Shown: in pieces, positions 1 through 13,062 of the stretch
How positions within the stretch are numbered: the stretch's first letter is position 1
Layout: the number at the start of each line of letters is the position of its first letter
NCBI RefSeq assembly: GCF_964213995.1
Contig: NW_027590197.1
Span: 682,001 to 746,000 of the forward strand
Reading direction: 5' to 3'
DNA length: 64,000 nt
From: Mustelus asterias
Taxonomy: Eukaryota
Program-made: the position numbers and the translations under genes
The notes under the pieces: generated by a model
The model's input: only the letters and a program-made list of their open reading frames with translations
Told to the model about the DNA's origin: nothing
The model's database searches: none

Positions 1-84
1 TTCCACCCACCTGGACGATCCATTGCTCTCTCCGTACCGCCAATCACCTCGAACAGATTTCCGAGCCCAAAATAAAAACCGTTT

Positions 85-270
85 TCCATCGCCATTACTC
101 ACACTGCGCATGCTCGAGTCAAAGTTGGCCCCGCCCCTCGTTCGCTCCTATTGGTGGAGGACCAACCGCTCCAGATCGGTCCTCCAGCTCTGCCCCCTCT
201 TCCCATTGGTCCACGCTGCCGTCAATCAGCCGGGCATTGTGACGGTGACTTGCTGCTTGTCCAATAATCA
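85..270 (+). promoter_or_regulatory. Diverged, truncated copy of the ZNF CpG promoter module
   Basis: ACTGCGCATGCTC, GGCCCCGCCCC, two ATTGG and the TGGAGGACC..GGTCCTCCA dyad; colinear with 17160-17370. Confidence 0.6.
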
Positions 271-282
271 CAGTGACAGAGT

Positions 283-555
283 CTCAGTGTAACAATGACA
301 CACACAGGCTCCAATACAATCAGAGTGGGGATGGAGCACAGAGACAACACAGCAAAGCACTGACTTACTCTGAGTGTAACAATGACACACACAGGCTCCA
401 ATACAATCAGAGTGGGGATGGAGCACAGAGACAACACAGCAAAGCACTGACTTACTCTGAGTGTAACAATGACACACACAGGCTCCAATACAATCAGAGT
501 GGGGATGGAGCACAGAGACAACACAGCAAAGCACTGACTTACTCTGAGTGTAACA
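283..555. repeat. 87-bp tandem repeat, about 3 copies
   Basis: Unit ..GTGTAACAATGACACACACAGGCTCCAATACAATCAGAGTGGGG.. recurs; 29-aa periodicity in the ORF track. Confidence 0.9.
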
Positions 556-2151
556 AATACAATGTTTGTTCAAATAATAAGAGTCACGTTGCAGTATGTT
601 AGCGAACACAGCATTAGATCCAATGTAATGGTAATACAGTCAGTATCTAGTGCACCAGAACCAAAGTTTAGGTTTCATTTGATAGTGTGAGTGAGTCATG
701 GTCTATTGATATAATGTATTTAGATTCCGGTGTGTGTTACTCTGCCACTGTCAGTATCAGACAATAACCTGTCTGTTATTCCAATTCTGCTGTATTTTAC
801 ATTCTGCTGTATTTCTGCTGTACTTTAACCTGGTGTTGTTAAAACTCTTACTGTATTTTACAACTGCAGCTCCTGGGGCTGATTGGAGTCTGGTATAATC
901 ATCACAAAGGTTGGTTTCAGTGTCTCTGAGGTCATTTTAACTGCAGGTAATCTGACAAGGGAGACAAGAGGCCCAACAAACATTCGATTACAATAGGAGG
1001 ACAAGGTGTAAGGGAGCAATGATATTTTAGGGTGTCTGTGTTGTGGTGAGTGTCACTGGGAGGTGAGTGATAAAATAGAAGTGGAAACATCACGACAGAT
1101 ACATGTGACTGACTCGGCCTGACTGAGAGCTGTTATAGTCGAGGCGAGAATAATGAGGACATGGCGAACTCCAGGATTTCTGATATCTGAGGTGTATCTG
1201 TTGGAGGAACTGAAAATAATCAGTTCCTCCTCATGGTTATCTCCAGTTCGCAAGTTACACAGACACACAGGAAAGAGATCTGACAGATCATCAAACCCAA
1301 TATTTTAATCTTCTGTTTGAGACACATTATGACCGAAAAGATCAAACATTAAAACCTTAGGAGAGAAACATTCAGAATGTCACAAAGATGAATGAACTGT
1401 CCAATTAATCCCATTCACCAGAACTCTGCCAATTTACCTTCTGCAAGTATTTATCCAATTCCCTTTGAAAGTTACTATTAAACCTGCTTCTAGCACCTGT
1501 CAGTTTGCGCATTCCAGATCATATGAAGTTATTGTGTAAAAAAATCTCCTTATCACCCCCTCCAGTTCTGTTGTCAGTTATGTTAAACCTCTGTATCATC
1601 TGCTTACAGACCCTCCTGCACCTGGGAAATAGATTCTCTCCATCGACAGACTTCCTGCTCCTGGGAGATAATTACTCTCCATTGACACTATAATAAATCA
1701 TTTGTCTTTTTAAACATCTCTATTAAATCGCCCCATCACATTCCCTAATCTCAGATGGATAACCCATGTTTTTCCTGCCCTGAAGAATTATATGGACTCA
1801 AAATGTTAACTGTTTCTCTCTGAACAGATGCCGCCGGACCTGCCGGGTTTTTCTGCTTTTCTCCCTGTTTTTCCTTCTATAATCAATCAGAAACTCTTCA
1901 TGATTTTGAACATCTTGATCAAATAGGAACACACAGAGCCTGAGAGAGGTACAGAGGGAGAGACAGAAAGACTGAGAGAAAAATTTAGAAAGATTTTAAA
2001 AAGTAGAAAGGAAGCAATCGAAGATAAAAGCTGAGAAACAGAGGAAACAAGCAATAGAGAGAATGATATAGAATTTAAGGGAGCAGGCTATCAGTTCCCA
2101 GCTATGGGGAGCAGAGTCGGCATCTCCACATCAGAGCAGAGGGAACTCAGT

Positions 2152-2492
2152 GGGCGGCACGGAAGCACAGCGGTTAGCACTGCTGCTTCACAGCTCCAGG
2201 GACCTGAGCTCGATTCCCGGCTCAGGTCGCTGTCTGTGTGGAGTTTGCACACTCTCCTCGTGTCTGCGTAGGTTTCCTCCGGGTGCTCCTTCCTTCCTCC
2301 AAAGATGTGTGGGTTAGGCTGATTGGCCATGCTAAATTTGCCCCTTAGTGTTCTGAGATGTGTAGGTTAGAGGGATTAGCGGGTAAATATATGTAGGGAT
2401 ATGGGGGTCGGGCCTGGGTGGGATTGTGGTCGGTGCAGACTCGATGGGCCGAATGGCCTCCTCCTGCACTGTAGGGTTTCTATGATTTAGAA
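2152..2492 (+). mobile_element. HE1/V-SINE-type tRNA-derived SINE with CR1-like tail
   Basis: GGTTAGCACTGCTGCTTCACAG head, GGTTTCCTCCGGGTGCTCC core, GATGGGCCGAATGGCCT tail; absent from arm B. Confidence 0.85.
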
Positions 2493-4370
2493 ACTGATCC
2501 ACAGACACAGCTGGTTTTATCTGCAAATGGAAACTCTGAACAGAAATAACTGACTCATTTGTAAATGTCACCACAATGTGACCTGTGTGACTCTGCCCTG
2601 ACTCTCTGGGTAGATACAGGCCGCATTGACAGATGTTCTCACCAGGTTGTGGTCCCTGGATTTATTTTCTGCTCAGAAGTGAGATGTGAGATTTGGAACC
2701 GGCAGCAGGGAAACAGGAAGTTGTGTTACCTGAGAGTGAAACAGCCGGCGTCAGTTTGATGTTATCACCGTGAACAGTCTTCCTGTCTGTGAGGGTGAAC
2801 TCACTCTGACAGCATCAAGAACAACCACACAGATTGCTGCCAGTCTCAGCATTACAGTCACCTCCATTCCTATTTTAAACAATGAAGAAAGGAGATTATT
2901 TGGACTTTTAACACATTCACTGAATTGGGAGATGGACTGAGGGTCATCACTGGGAGAAATGAGGAGGAATTAGAGAACAAATGAGTTTTCCCAAAGAGGG
3001 TTATTAGAAAAGAGGAGATTTAAAGTGAGTCAGGGCCTGTCAGAGGAAGTGGGAGAGAGAAACAGAGAGGATTGAATCTCCATCAATTAGCTGTTTTCTC
3101 AGACAGCGAAGAGAGATGAAGCGTGTTTGTGCTTTTTCAGAGAGAGATAACGAGAGAGAGAAAACAATGAATAAGTTTAAGCAGATCTGAAATAGGAAGG
3201 TTAAATGAGTGAGTGTTTGAAAGAACGATAGAGAGACATTAAGTGACGAAGACAGTTTCTGAGAGGAGAGAGGTTAAGTGAAAATGAGAGAGGAGCGAGG
3301 TTAGAGTGTAAGAGAGGTGGAAGGTGAGGTAAGTGTGAGTGAATGCCTGGAGAGAGAGAGAGACAATTCAGTGAGTGTGAGAGAGATGAGAGATGCTGAG
3401 CGATTGAGTTTCTGAGAGAGAGGAGATGTTAAGTGACTGAATGTCGGAAAGAGAGGAGAGCAGGTTCACACCCAGGGGTCACTGAGAATGATCAAAATAA
3501 GGAGATCACCCAGAAAACTACCAACAGGAAACTTCAGCTGAACACATCACTCATTCTTAAATGATCAGTCAGGGCTCTGATGCTGCTCAGCTTCTCTCTG
3601 TTCTGTTTATAATGGTTAAAGGCTGATAGGAGTGAGGTTTATTTAGAAGGATAGTGGATGGGAAGCACACAACAAAACTGAGAATTCTTGGACACACACT
3701 GCAGCTCCTTCTCTATCTGGGAATCAAATTGTTGTCTAATTGTCCCAGCAGTTAACAGGCTCCTTTGAACGTCTCCAGCTGCTACTTTGATGCAGACTTC
3801 AACCAATTTATTTTAAGCCAGTTTCTGTTCAATAAACCAGGACTGACACACACACATTAAAATGTTTTAGACTTTTTTGCATTTTTAGTCTGGAAACCTA
3901 AACCTGCCGTTTCACTCTCAGTCAGGAATAGATCCCAGTTTTACACCAATCTTTGACAGCACGTTTCCAGCATTCACCATTGTTCTTCCTGACTCTAAAC
4001 ACAGTTGTAAAGGAGCTTCTTTTCCGTGTCTAGGAGCTCGGAACCATGGAAAAGAACGACTGGGACACATTTTTTACACACCTCAGGATTCACCCACGCG
4101 GGGACTTTGCTGTCAGTGAAAAGTGACGAAAAAGACCAAAGTGCTGTTTGTCCCTCTCAGCGAGACCCTGAAGGACTGGGTCAAGAATGAAGTTCTGTTC
4201 CTACTGTATGATCCTCCCTCAGATTGCCCTTTCTGAGCTCCAGCCTGGTGACGTTAAACACTCAAATGGAAAAGACAAAAATCTACAACAATGATTCAAT
4301 CAAATGTCGATTTCACATTTATTCAGAATATCAAACCTCAACAGAAGAAAAAAGTCAGAGTGAAGATGAT

Positions 4371-5502
4371 TCAGACCTGGATATGATTAACAGCATCAAT
4401 AAGTGTAGAATCCAAACCTTGCAGTCCCTTGTGAACTCGCTGGTGTGTTAGCAGGTGGGATGACTGAATAAATCCCTTTCCACAGACATTACAGGTGAAC
4501 AGCCTCTCCCCAGTGTGAACTCGCTGGTGTTTCAGAAGATAAGAGAAATGAGAAAATCCCTTCCCACAGACAGAGCAGGTAAATGTGAATTTTCTGATGT
4601 GTCAGCAGGTTAGATGACTGACTGAATCCCTTCCCACACATGGAGCAGGTGAACGGCCTCTCCCCAGTGTGAACTCGCTGGTGATTCAATAGGTTGGATG
4701 AACGAGTGAATCGCTTCCCACACATGGAGCAAGTGAATGGCCTCTCCTCACTGTGAACCTGCTGGTGTGTCAGAAGGTTGTATGAACGGGTGAATCCCTT
4801 CCCACATTCAGAGCAGGTGAACGGTCGATCCCCGGTATGGAGCTGCTGGTGTATCAGAAGGTTGGATGAATTAATGAATCCCTTCCCACAGTCGGAGCAG
4901 GTGAAGGGCCTCTCCCCAGTGTGAATTCTCTGGTGGTTCAATGGGGCAGATGGGCGGCTGAATCCCTTCCCACACACACAGCAGGTGAATGGCCTCTCCC
5001 CAGTGTGAGTATATTGGTGCGTCAGCAGATCCTTTTTGTTTTTAAAGCCCTTCTCACAGTCAGAACAATTTAAAAGTTTGTTGTCAGAGTGAACAAGTTG
5101 ATGTGTCTGCAGGTGGGATGACTGAATGAATCCTTTCCCACACACAGAGCAGGTGAATGGTCTCTCCCCAGTGTGAATGCGTTGGTGTGTCAGCAGATCT
5201 TTTTTGCATTTAAAACTCTTCTCACAGTCAGAAGATGGAAACAGTCTCTCATCAGTGTGAACAAGTTGGTGTGTCACAATGTGGGATGAGCGAGTGAATC
5301 CCTTCCCACACACAGGGCAGGTGAACGGCCTCTTCCCAGTATGAACCCGTTGGTGAGTCAGAAGGTTCTGTGAATGGGTGAATCCCTTCCGACACTCGGA
5401 GCAGGTGAACGGTCTCTCCCCAGTGTGACTGCAATGAACTTCCAGTTGTGATGGGAAACCGAATCCTTTCCCGCACTCCACACATTTCCACGGTTTCTCC
5501 AT
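4371..5502 (-). pseudogene. C2H2 zinc-finger array, about 13 fingers, frameshifted paralog of 18338-19318
   Basis: MEKPWKC start and TGERP linkers; 3-bp loss in finger 1, Cys loss in finger 4, 14-bp deletion near 4585 relative to the paralog. Confidence 0.85.
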
Positions 5503-6439
5503 GGTGCGGGTGTCCTTGTGTTTCTCCAGGTTGGATGATCAGTTGAAACCTCGTCCACACACACAACATACATGTAGTTTCACTCTGCTGTGAACTGTGT
5601 GATGTTCTTTCAGACTGTGGACTGGTTAAAGCACTTTCCACAGTCAGTTCACTGGAACACTCCCAATCGGGTGTGTGTTTGTTCCAATGCTTTTCCGGTC
5701 ACACTGATGTTTAAAATCTTTGCTGACAGACAGAAGAGTCAAACATTTCTCCTCCCGCATTCAAAGACCAATGATCTTCAGCTCCAAATGAACAAAATGA
5801 CTTTGCCAGTCATGATGTTCGGTTTGAGTTTTCTGTCTACCAATCCTCCACTTCCAATATCCTGCAAAAAAAATTTGGAAAAGTCATCACTGTCAGTCCG
5901 GAATAGAAACTCTGAACAGACAATTCTAGTTTCTCCAGAACATTTTTTCCTCTCTTGTTCCCCAAAATCTGGAAATCCCCGTCCCACACACTCTCCCTCC
6001 TCCCTGGGCTTAAACCCATCTCACCATCTGCATCATTTCTTTCCTCCACTCCCAGTTTTCTCCCTCCCTCTCCTCTGTCTGGGTTCAGTTCTCCAGCTGC
6101 TGTCTGCAGACTGACAATAAAACCAATGGGTCTTACTGGGGGTGTTGGGGCCTCCAGCGGGTGTTTGTGAATCCTCCCCGCCCACCTCCCAGGGTTTCCT
6201 TCCTTCCCAGAGATCAGAGTCCTCATTGATTTGAGGCCAAAGTGTAACCTCTTATTTATTGTCCCCCTCCCCCATCCTCTGATGTGAACCATCCTCCAGT
6301 GGCTGAGCCAGGATGGGGCCGTTAACCTGGGCCTGTTCCCGGGAGGGAGGGAGGGAGAAGCCCCGCAGCTGCAAACCAGGGAGCTGACAATGATTCTGAA
6401 GGGTTTGCGGATCCACAAAGTGTTTCCAAATCCTCCCAG

Positions 6440-6860
6440 CCACCGCCTAACGCTGACTCCGCTTCTCCGGGACAAACAAGCGCCAAGGACAGCAATGACA
6501 CTGCGCATGCTCCACATCACAATGCCCGGGGACTGATTGACGGCAGCTCCGGACCAATAGGAAGAGGGGGCGGTGCTGGAGAACCGAGCGGGAGCGGCTG
6601 GTCCTCCAACCAATCGGAGTGAATGAGGGGCGGGGCTGGAGGACCTGAAGCATGCGCAGTGCGGGTAATGGCGACGGACAGAGGGACGGTTTTAACTTGG
6701 AAGCGAGATCAATACGAGGTAGAGGGCGGCGTGCGGGGAATGATAAATGTGGCGGGTGGGTGGAGAGATTTTGTAAACATATTGTTCAAACCCAAACCCC
6801 GGAAATGAACTTCCCGGTCCCCCGCTTTGTACCAAATGGAGCGGCAGCTTGTAGTGTTAG
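6440..6860. promoter_or_regulatory. CpG promoter module, putatively bidirectional
   Basis: Two GCGCATGC NRF1-like sites, two CCAAT boxes, GGGGCGGGG, dyad; lies upstream of the minus-strand ZNF. Confidence 0.7.
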
Positions 6861-6879
6861 ACCCGGGCTGACTGCCGCC

Positions 6880-7131
6880 TGTGATAAACCACTGTTAAGC
6901 TTATTGCCTGTGTGTGTGTGTGTGTGTGGCATGTCTGGGCATGCCCCTGCCAGCCCTGCATGAGACTCCTCCCCCCCCGTCCAGGTATGAAGGTGACTGC
7001 TCCCCACCCTCCTGCCTCAGTTGCTGGACCAGTTCATCAGCATGGGTGTGTGCTCCAAGTCTTTTGCGAATAAAAGCCTATTTGTTCTTGCATACAAACT
7101 AGTCTTTGCTTGATTGATAGATAGTGCATCA
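6880..7131 (+). mobile_element. Solo LTR
   Basis: TG...CA ends, internal AATAAA, 5-bp target-site duplication CCGCC (6875-6879 and 7132-7136). Confidence 0.8.
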
Positions 7132-7180
7132 CCGCCATTGAGGCTGCATGTGGGAGGCCGGCAGGGATTGTGATCGGGGA

Positions 7181-7376
7181 GTGATGTCACAATGGAATGG
7201 GTGAGGGTGTGACGTCACAATGGAATGTGTGAGGGTGTGACGTCACAATGGAATGGGTGAGAGTGTGACGTCACAATGGAATGGGTCGGAGTGTGACGTC
7301 ACAATGGAATGGGTGAGGGTGTGACGTCACAATGGAATGGGTCGGAGTGTGAGGTCACAATGGAATGGGTGAGGGT
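7181..7376. repeat. 27-28-bp minisatellite, 7 units, 5 with a perfect GTGACGTCAC palindrome
   Basis: Repeats of GTGACGTCACAATGGAATGGGTGAGGGT. Confidence 0.9.
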
Positions 7377-7399
7377 TCCAAATTCGCCCGACTTCGGTC

Positions 7400-10300
7400 A
7401 TTGCCAAGATTTCCGAGTCCATTATTAAAGCTGAGATCACAGAGTACTTGGAAGTGCAGGATAAAGTAGGACTGAGTCAGCACGGCTTTGTCAAGGGGAG
7501 GTCATGTCTGACAAATCTGTTAGAGTTCTTTGAGGAGCTTTTGATTTGATTTATTATTGTCACATGTATTAACATACAGTGAAAAGTGTTGTTTCTTGCA
7601 CGGTATACAGAGAAAACATACCATTCATAGAGAAGGAAATGAGAGAGTGCAGAATGTAGTGTTACAGTCAGAGTGAGAGTGTAGAGAAAGATCAACTGAA
7701 TGCAAGGTAAGTCCATTCAAAAGACTGACAGCAGCAGAGAAGAAGCTATTCTTGAGTCGGTGGTACGTAACCTCAGACTTTTGTATCTTTATCCCGAGGG
7801 AAGAAGGTGGAAGAGAGAATGTCGGGGTGCTTGGGGTCCTTAACTATGCTGGCTGCTTTGCCGAGGCAGCGGGAAGTGTAGACAGAGTCAATGGATGGGA
7901 GGCTGGTTCGCATGATGGATTGGGCTACATTCACAACCTTTTGTAGATCCTTGCAGTCTTGGGCAGAGCAGGAGCCATACCAAGCTGTGCTACAACCAGA
8001 AAGAATGCTTTCTATGGTGCATTTGTAAAGGTTGGTGAGAGTCGTAGCTGACATGCCAAATTTCCATAGTCTTCTGAGAAAGTAGAGGCGTTGGTGAGCT
8101 TTCTTAACAAGAGTGTCGACATGGGGAGACCAGGACATGTTTTTGGTGATCTGGATACCTAAAAACCTGAAACTCTCGACCCTTTCTACTTCGTCCCCAT
8201 TGATGTCGACATGGGCATGTTCTTCTTTATGCTTCCTCAAGTCGATGACAATCTCCTTTGTTTTGTTGACATTGAGGGAGGGATTATTGTTGCCGCACCA
8301 GTTCACCAGGTTCTCTATCTCATTCCTGTACTCTGTCTCATCATTGTTTGAAATCCGACCCAGTGCTGTGGTGTCGTCAGCAAACTTGAAAATCGAATTG
8401 GAGGGAAATTTAGCCGCACAGTCATAGGTGTAGAAGGAGTATGTTAGGGGGCTGAGAACACAGCCTCGTGGGGCACTGGTGTTGAGGATGATCGTGGAGG
8501 AGGTGTTGTTGCCTATCCTTACTGATTGTGGTCTGTGAGTTAGGAAGTTCAGGATCCAGTTGCAGAGGGAGGTGCCGAGACCCAGGCCACGGAGTTTGGA
8601 GATGAGTTTCGTGGGACTAATAGTGTTGAAGGCTGAGCTGTAGTCAACAAATAGGAGTCTGACATAGGTGTCCTTGTTATCTAGCTGTTCCAAGGTTGAG
8701 TACAGGGCCAGGGAAATGGCGTCTGCTGTGGACCTGTTGCGGCGGCAGGCAAACTGTAGTGGATCCAGATAGTCCGGGAGGCTGGAATTGATTCGTACCG
8801 TGACAAACCTTTCGAAGGACTTCATCATGATGGATGTCAGAGCCACCGGCCGATAGTCATTAAGACACGCTGCTTGGTTTTTCTTAGGTACCAGGATGAT
8901 GGCCATCTTTCTTGAAGCAGATAGGGACCTCAGATTGTTGTAAAGAGAGGTTGAAGATGTCTGTGAATACCTCTGCCAGCTAATCCGCACAGGATCTGAA
9001 TGCACATCCGGGTATCCCATCCGGGCCAGTTGCTTTCTGTGCGTTGACCTTGAAGAAAGCTGCTCTGACATCTGCAATGGAGACCCCAGATACAGGTTCA
9101 TCCAGGGCTTCCAGGGTGGAGGGCATGCTCTCGCTGACCTCTTGCTCAAAACGAATGCATTGAGCTCATCAGGGAGAGGTGCGTTGGAGCCAGCGATTTT
9201 ACATGCCTTCATCTTGTCGCCTGTTATGTCTTGCAGACCTTGCCACAGTCAGCGGGGGTTGGTGTGGCTCGCCTGGGACTCTAGCTTGGTCCAGTATTGT
9301 CTTTTGGCATCTTTGATGGATCTCCTTAGATCATATCTGGTAACAAAGAAGTTAGATAAAGGAGAACTAGTGGACCTGATTTATTTAGATTTCCAGAAGG
9401 CCTTTGACAAGGTGCTGCAGAGGAAACTGTTAAATAAGTTAAGTGCCCATGGTGTTAAGGGTAAGATCCTGGCATGGATAGAGGATTGGCTGGCAGAAGG
9501 CAGAGAGTGGGGATAAAGGGGTCTTTCTCAGGATGGCAGCCGGTGACCAGTGGTGTGTCTCAGGGGTCAGTGCTGGGACCACAACTTTTCACAATATACA
9601 TTAACGATTTGGAGGAAGGAACTGAAGGTCCTGTTGCTAAGTTTGCAGATGATACAAAGATATGTCGAGGGACAGGTAGTATTGAGGAAGCAGGGGGGCT
9701 GCAGAAGGACTTGGACAGGTTAGAAGAGTGGGCAAAGAAGCGGCAGATGGAATATAATGTGGAAATGTGTGAGGTTTTGCACTTTGGAAGGAGGAATGGA
9801 GACATCAACTATTTTCTAAATGGGGAAATGCTTAGGAAATCAGAAACACAAAGGGACTTGGAAGTCATTGTTCAAGATTCTCTTCAAGTTAACGTGCAGG
9901 TTCAGTTGGCAGTTAGGAAGGCAAATGCAATGTTAGCATTCATGTCGATAGGCCTAGAATACAAGAGCAGGGATATATTTCTGAGGCTGCGTAAGGCTCT
10001 GGTCAGTCCCCATTTGGACTATTGTGAGCAGTTTTGGTCCCCATATCTAAGGAAGGATGTGCTGGCTTTGGAAAAGGTCCAGAGGAGGTTCACAAGAATG
10101 ATCCCTGGAATGAAGAGCTTGTCCTATGAGGAACAGTTGAGGACTCTGGGTCTGTACTCATTGGAGTCTAAAAGGATGAGGGGGGATCTTGTTGAAACTT
10201 ACAGGATACTGCGGGGCCTGGATAGAGTGGACGTGGAGAGAATGTTTCCACGAGTAGGAACAGCTAGAAATAGAGGGCACAACCTCAGACGAAAGGGCCG

Positions 10301-10565
10301 ATCCTTTAAAGCAGAGAGGAGGAGGAATTTCTTCAGCCAGAGAGTGGTGAATCTGTGGAACTCTTTGCTGCAGAAGGCTGTGGAGGTCAGGACATTGAGT
10401 GTCTTTAAGACAGAGATAGATAGGTTCTTGATTAATGAGGGGATCAGGGGTTATGGGGAAAAGGCAGGAGAATGGGGATGAGAAAAATATCAGCCATGAT
10501 TGAATGGCGGAGCAGACTCGATGGGCCGAGTGGCCTAATTCTGTTACTGTGTCTTATGGTCTAAT
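7400..10565 (+). mobile_element. 5'-truncated CR1 LINE (RT and 3' end), split by a nested Rex1-like element at about 7539-9339
   Basis: [14 protein letters not shown] before the break; [24 protein letters not shown] after it; CR1 tail GATGGGCCGAGTGGCCT. Confidence 0.85.
7539..9339 (-). mobile_element. Rex1/Babar-like non-LTR retrotransposon, 5'-truncated
   Basis: ORF 7773-9212 with CLNDYRPVALTS, DYSSAFNTI, GCVLSPL, KFADD; short (CAAAT)n-like 3' tail. Confidence 0.8.
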
Positions 10566-10874
10566 GAGTTGAGACTGGGGTGGCGTCGGACGATGTCACT
10601 GAGGTGGAAATAGGCAGTCTTGATGATGATGTGGCTGGAAGCTCATCCTGGAGTGAAATATTTCACCATGGTTGTGAACAGCCTGGTTCCGGCTCCGACA
10701 GGGAGTGGAGTTTGTGGTGGGGACTGAAGACAATGGGTTCAGACTTCCCAGTATTTATATGGAAAACATTTCTGTTCTCTTAGTCCTGGATGGCAGGCAA
10801 GTCAGGATGGTGTGTGAGTTGGAGGGGAACTTGGAGCTGATGGTGCTAACCACTGTGCCACCGTGCCGCAGAAT

Positions 10875-11268
10875 GCTAAATGGAATGAGAGAGAGAGTGT
10901 ATGTGTGAGGGGCGTGGGTGGAGATTTAAAGAATGTTCCATAGAAACTACAATTGTCTGTTTTGAATTTCTATCATGTGCTGACAGTGATGATTTTTGTA
11001 AACTGCTTTCAGTGGATATTGGAAGGAGAGGTTTTGACTGGAAAAGCACGGAGATTCTCACACCCGTATCAGAGTGTTCCAGTGCACTGATTGTGGAGAG
11101 ACACAAGGACTCCGACACCATGGAGAAACCATGGAAATGTGGAGACTGTGGGAAGGGATTCAGAGCCCCATCTGGGGTGGAATCTCATCGACGCAGTCAC
11201 ACCGGGGAGAGACCGTTCATATGCTCCACTTGTGGGAAGGGATTCAATCATTCATCGAATCTGCTGAG
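10875..11268 (+). pseudogene. Truncated ZNF cassette (acceptor block plus 2 fingers)
   Basis: [28 protein letters not shown], then it breaks into (GA)n. Confidence 0.8.
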
Positions 11269-11314
11269 AGAGAGAGAGAGAGAAAGATTGAGAGAGAAAG
11301 AATCCAACCCCTGC

Positions 11315-11908
11315 AATCACTTGTGAACTTGTTGGTGTCGCTGCAGGTTGGATGACCGATTGAATCCATTTCCCACACACAGAGCAGGTGAACGGTCTGT
11401 CCCCAGTGTGAACTCGCTGGTGTCTCTGCCATGTGGATGACCTCCTAAACCTCTTTGTGCAGTGAGAGCAGCTAACCAGTCTCTCGTCAGTGTGAATGGG
11501 TTGGTGGACCATCAGTTCTCGAGAGCTTTTGAAGCCACTCCCACAGTCAGAGCATTTAAAGGGTCTGTCTTGGGTGTGAGTGACCTTGTGGCTCAACAGG
11601 TTGGGCAACTGAGTGAATCCCTTCCCACACACACAGCAGGTGAACGGTCTCTCCCCGGTGTGAATGCGCTGGTCGGTCAGCAGATTGTTTAACCGAGTGA
11701 ATCCTTTCCCACACACAGAGCAGGTGAATGGTCTCTCCCCAGTGTGAACTCCCTGGTGTGTTTGTAAATGGGATAACTGAGTGAATCTCTTCCCACACAC
11801 ACAGCAGGTGAATGGTCTCTCTCCAGTGTGACTGCGCCGATGAGTTTCCAGTGCAGATGGGAACCTGAATCCTTTCCCACAGTCCCCACATTTACACAAT
11901 TTCTCTAT
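11315..11908 (-). pseudogene. C2H2 ZNF array, about 7 fingers, start lost (ACCATA); acceptor at about 12250
   Basis: ORF 11252-11944 reads RTIEKLCKC where paralogs read RTMEKPWKC; last finger frameshifted. Confidence 0.75.
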
Positions 11909-13062
11909 GGTGCGGGTGTCCTTGTGACTCTCCAGGCTTGACAATTAGTTCAGTTACAACATAACATGGGTGCGGTCTCTCTGCTGCAATGTATTTTCAG
12001 GCTGTTTAACTGGTTAAAGTTCTTTCCACAGTCACTCAGGTGTGTGCATGTTTCAGTGTGTGTGTGTCTCGGTGCTTTTCCAGTTACACTGATGTTTAAA
12101 ATCTCCTGAAGCAGACAGAGCAGAGAAATATTTCCATTCTAGATTCAAAGGTTGATGATATTCAGGTCCCAATGAACTGAGTGACTATGTTAGATTTTGA
12201 TGTGAGGTTTGGTTTGATATTCGTCTTTAAATCTTCACCTTCTGATATCCTGCAAAAGGAATTTACAAACATCATCACTGTCAGCACAGGATAGAAATTC
12301 AGAACAGACAATTCTAATTTCCAATGAACATTCTTTCCTCTCTCATCCCCAAAGCTGTGAATCTCCATCCCACACACTCTCCCTCCATTCTCACTCTGCT
12401 GTATCTAATATTCACCCTCCCAATTCTCCTGAAGGTACTGATTGAGGCTGATTGACAGATCCATGCTCACTGCTTCCTGTCCACCACACACAAATCATAA
12501 GAAACAGGAGCTGCGGTTGGCCATTCAGCCCATCGAACTGCCTCAACCATTCATTGAGAATTGGCTGATCTACCGCAGCATCATTTCCCACGCTATCCCC
12601 CAGATAGAGAGAGAATAGAGCCAATGTTTCGAGTCTGGAGGGAGGAAAGAATGTTCCATAGAAATTAGAATTGTCTGTTCTGAATTTCTATCCTGCACTG
12701 ACACTGATGACCTCTGCAAACTTGTTTTACAGGAAATTGAAAGAGGAATCACAGACCGAAATCTCAGACGTTGTGTCTAGATCTGACAGAGTCATATTCC
12801 TCGGGACCTGAATATCATCGGCCTTTAAATCAAGGAGAAATGGTTGTCCGGTCTGGTGACTTGAAAAGATTTCAAACATCAGTGTGACTGGAAAAGTGCC
12901 AACACGCTGCAACACTGGAGTGAGTGTGTTCTAGTGCATTGACTCAAGAGCTTTAACCAGTTACACAGCAATAAATATCACACCATTCACAGCGGGGGTG
13001 GGGGGACTGTTCTGTGTGTGGACGAGTGTTCAACTGAAGAGAAAGGAAAGAACACCTGCACC

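Larger units (their letters stand above)
617..6763 (-). repeat. Arm A of an inverted segmental duplication (partner about 17090-23560)
   Basis: Reverse-complement colinearity of promoter, intron, ZNF exon and about 4 kb of 3' flank. Confidence 0.9.

Noticed and set aside
222-609. ORFs over the 87-bp repeat
   Set aside because: Open frames follow from a unit length divisible by three
5837-6613. 258-aa ORF, with its 299-aa twin at 17231-18130, across the promoter and intron
   Set aside because: No ATG start and no domain; shared only because of recent duplication; frameshifted in the third copy at 51.2-51.9 kb
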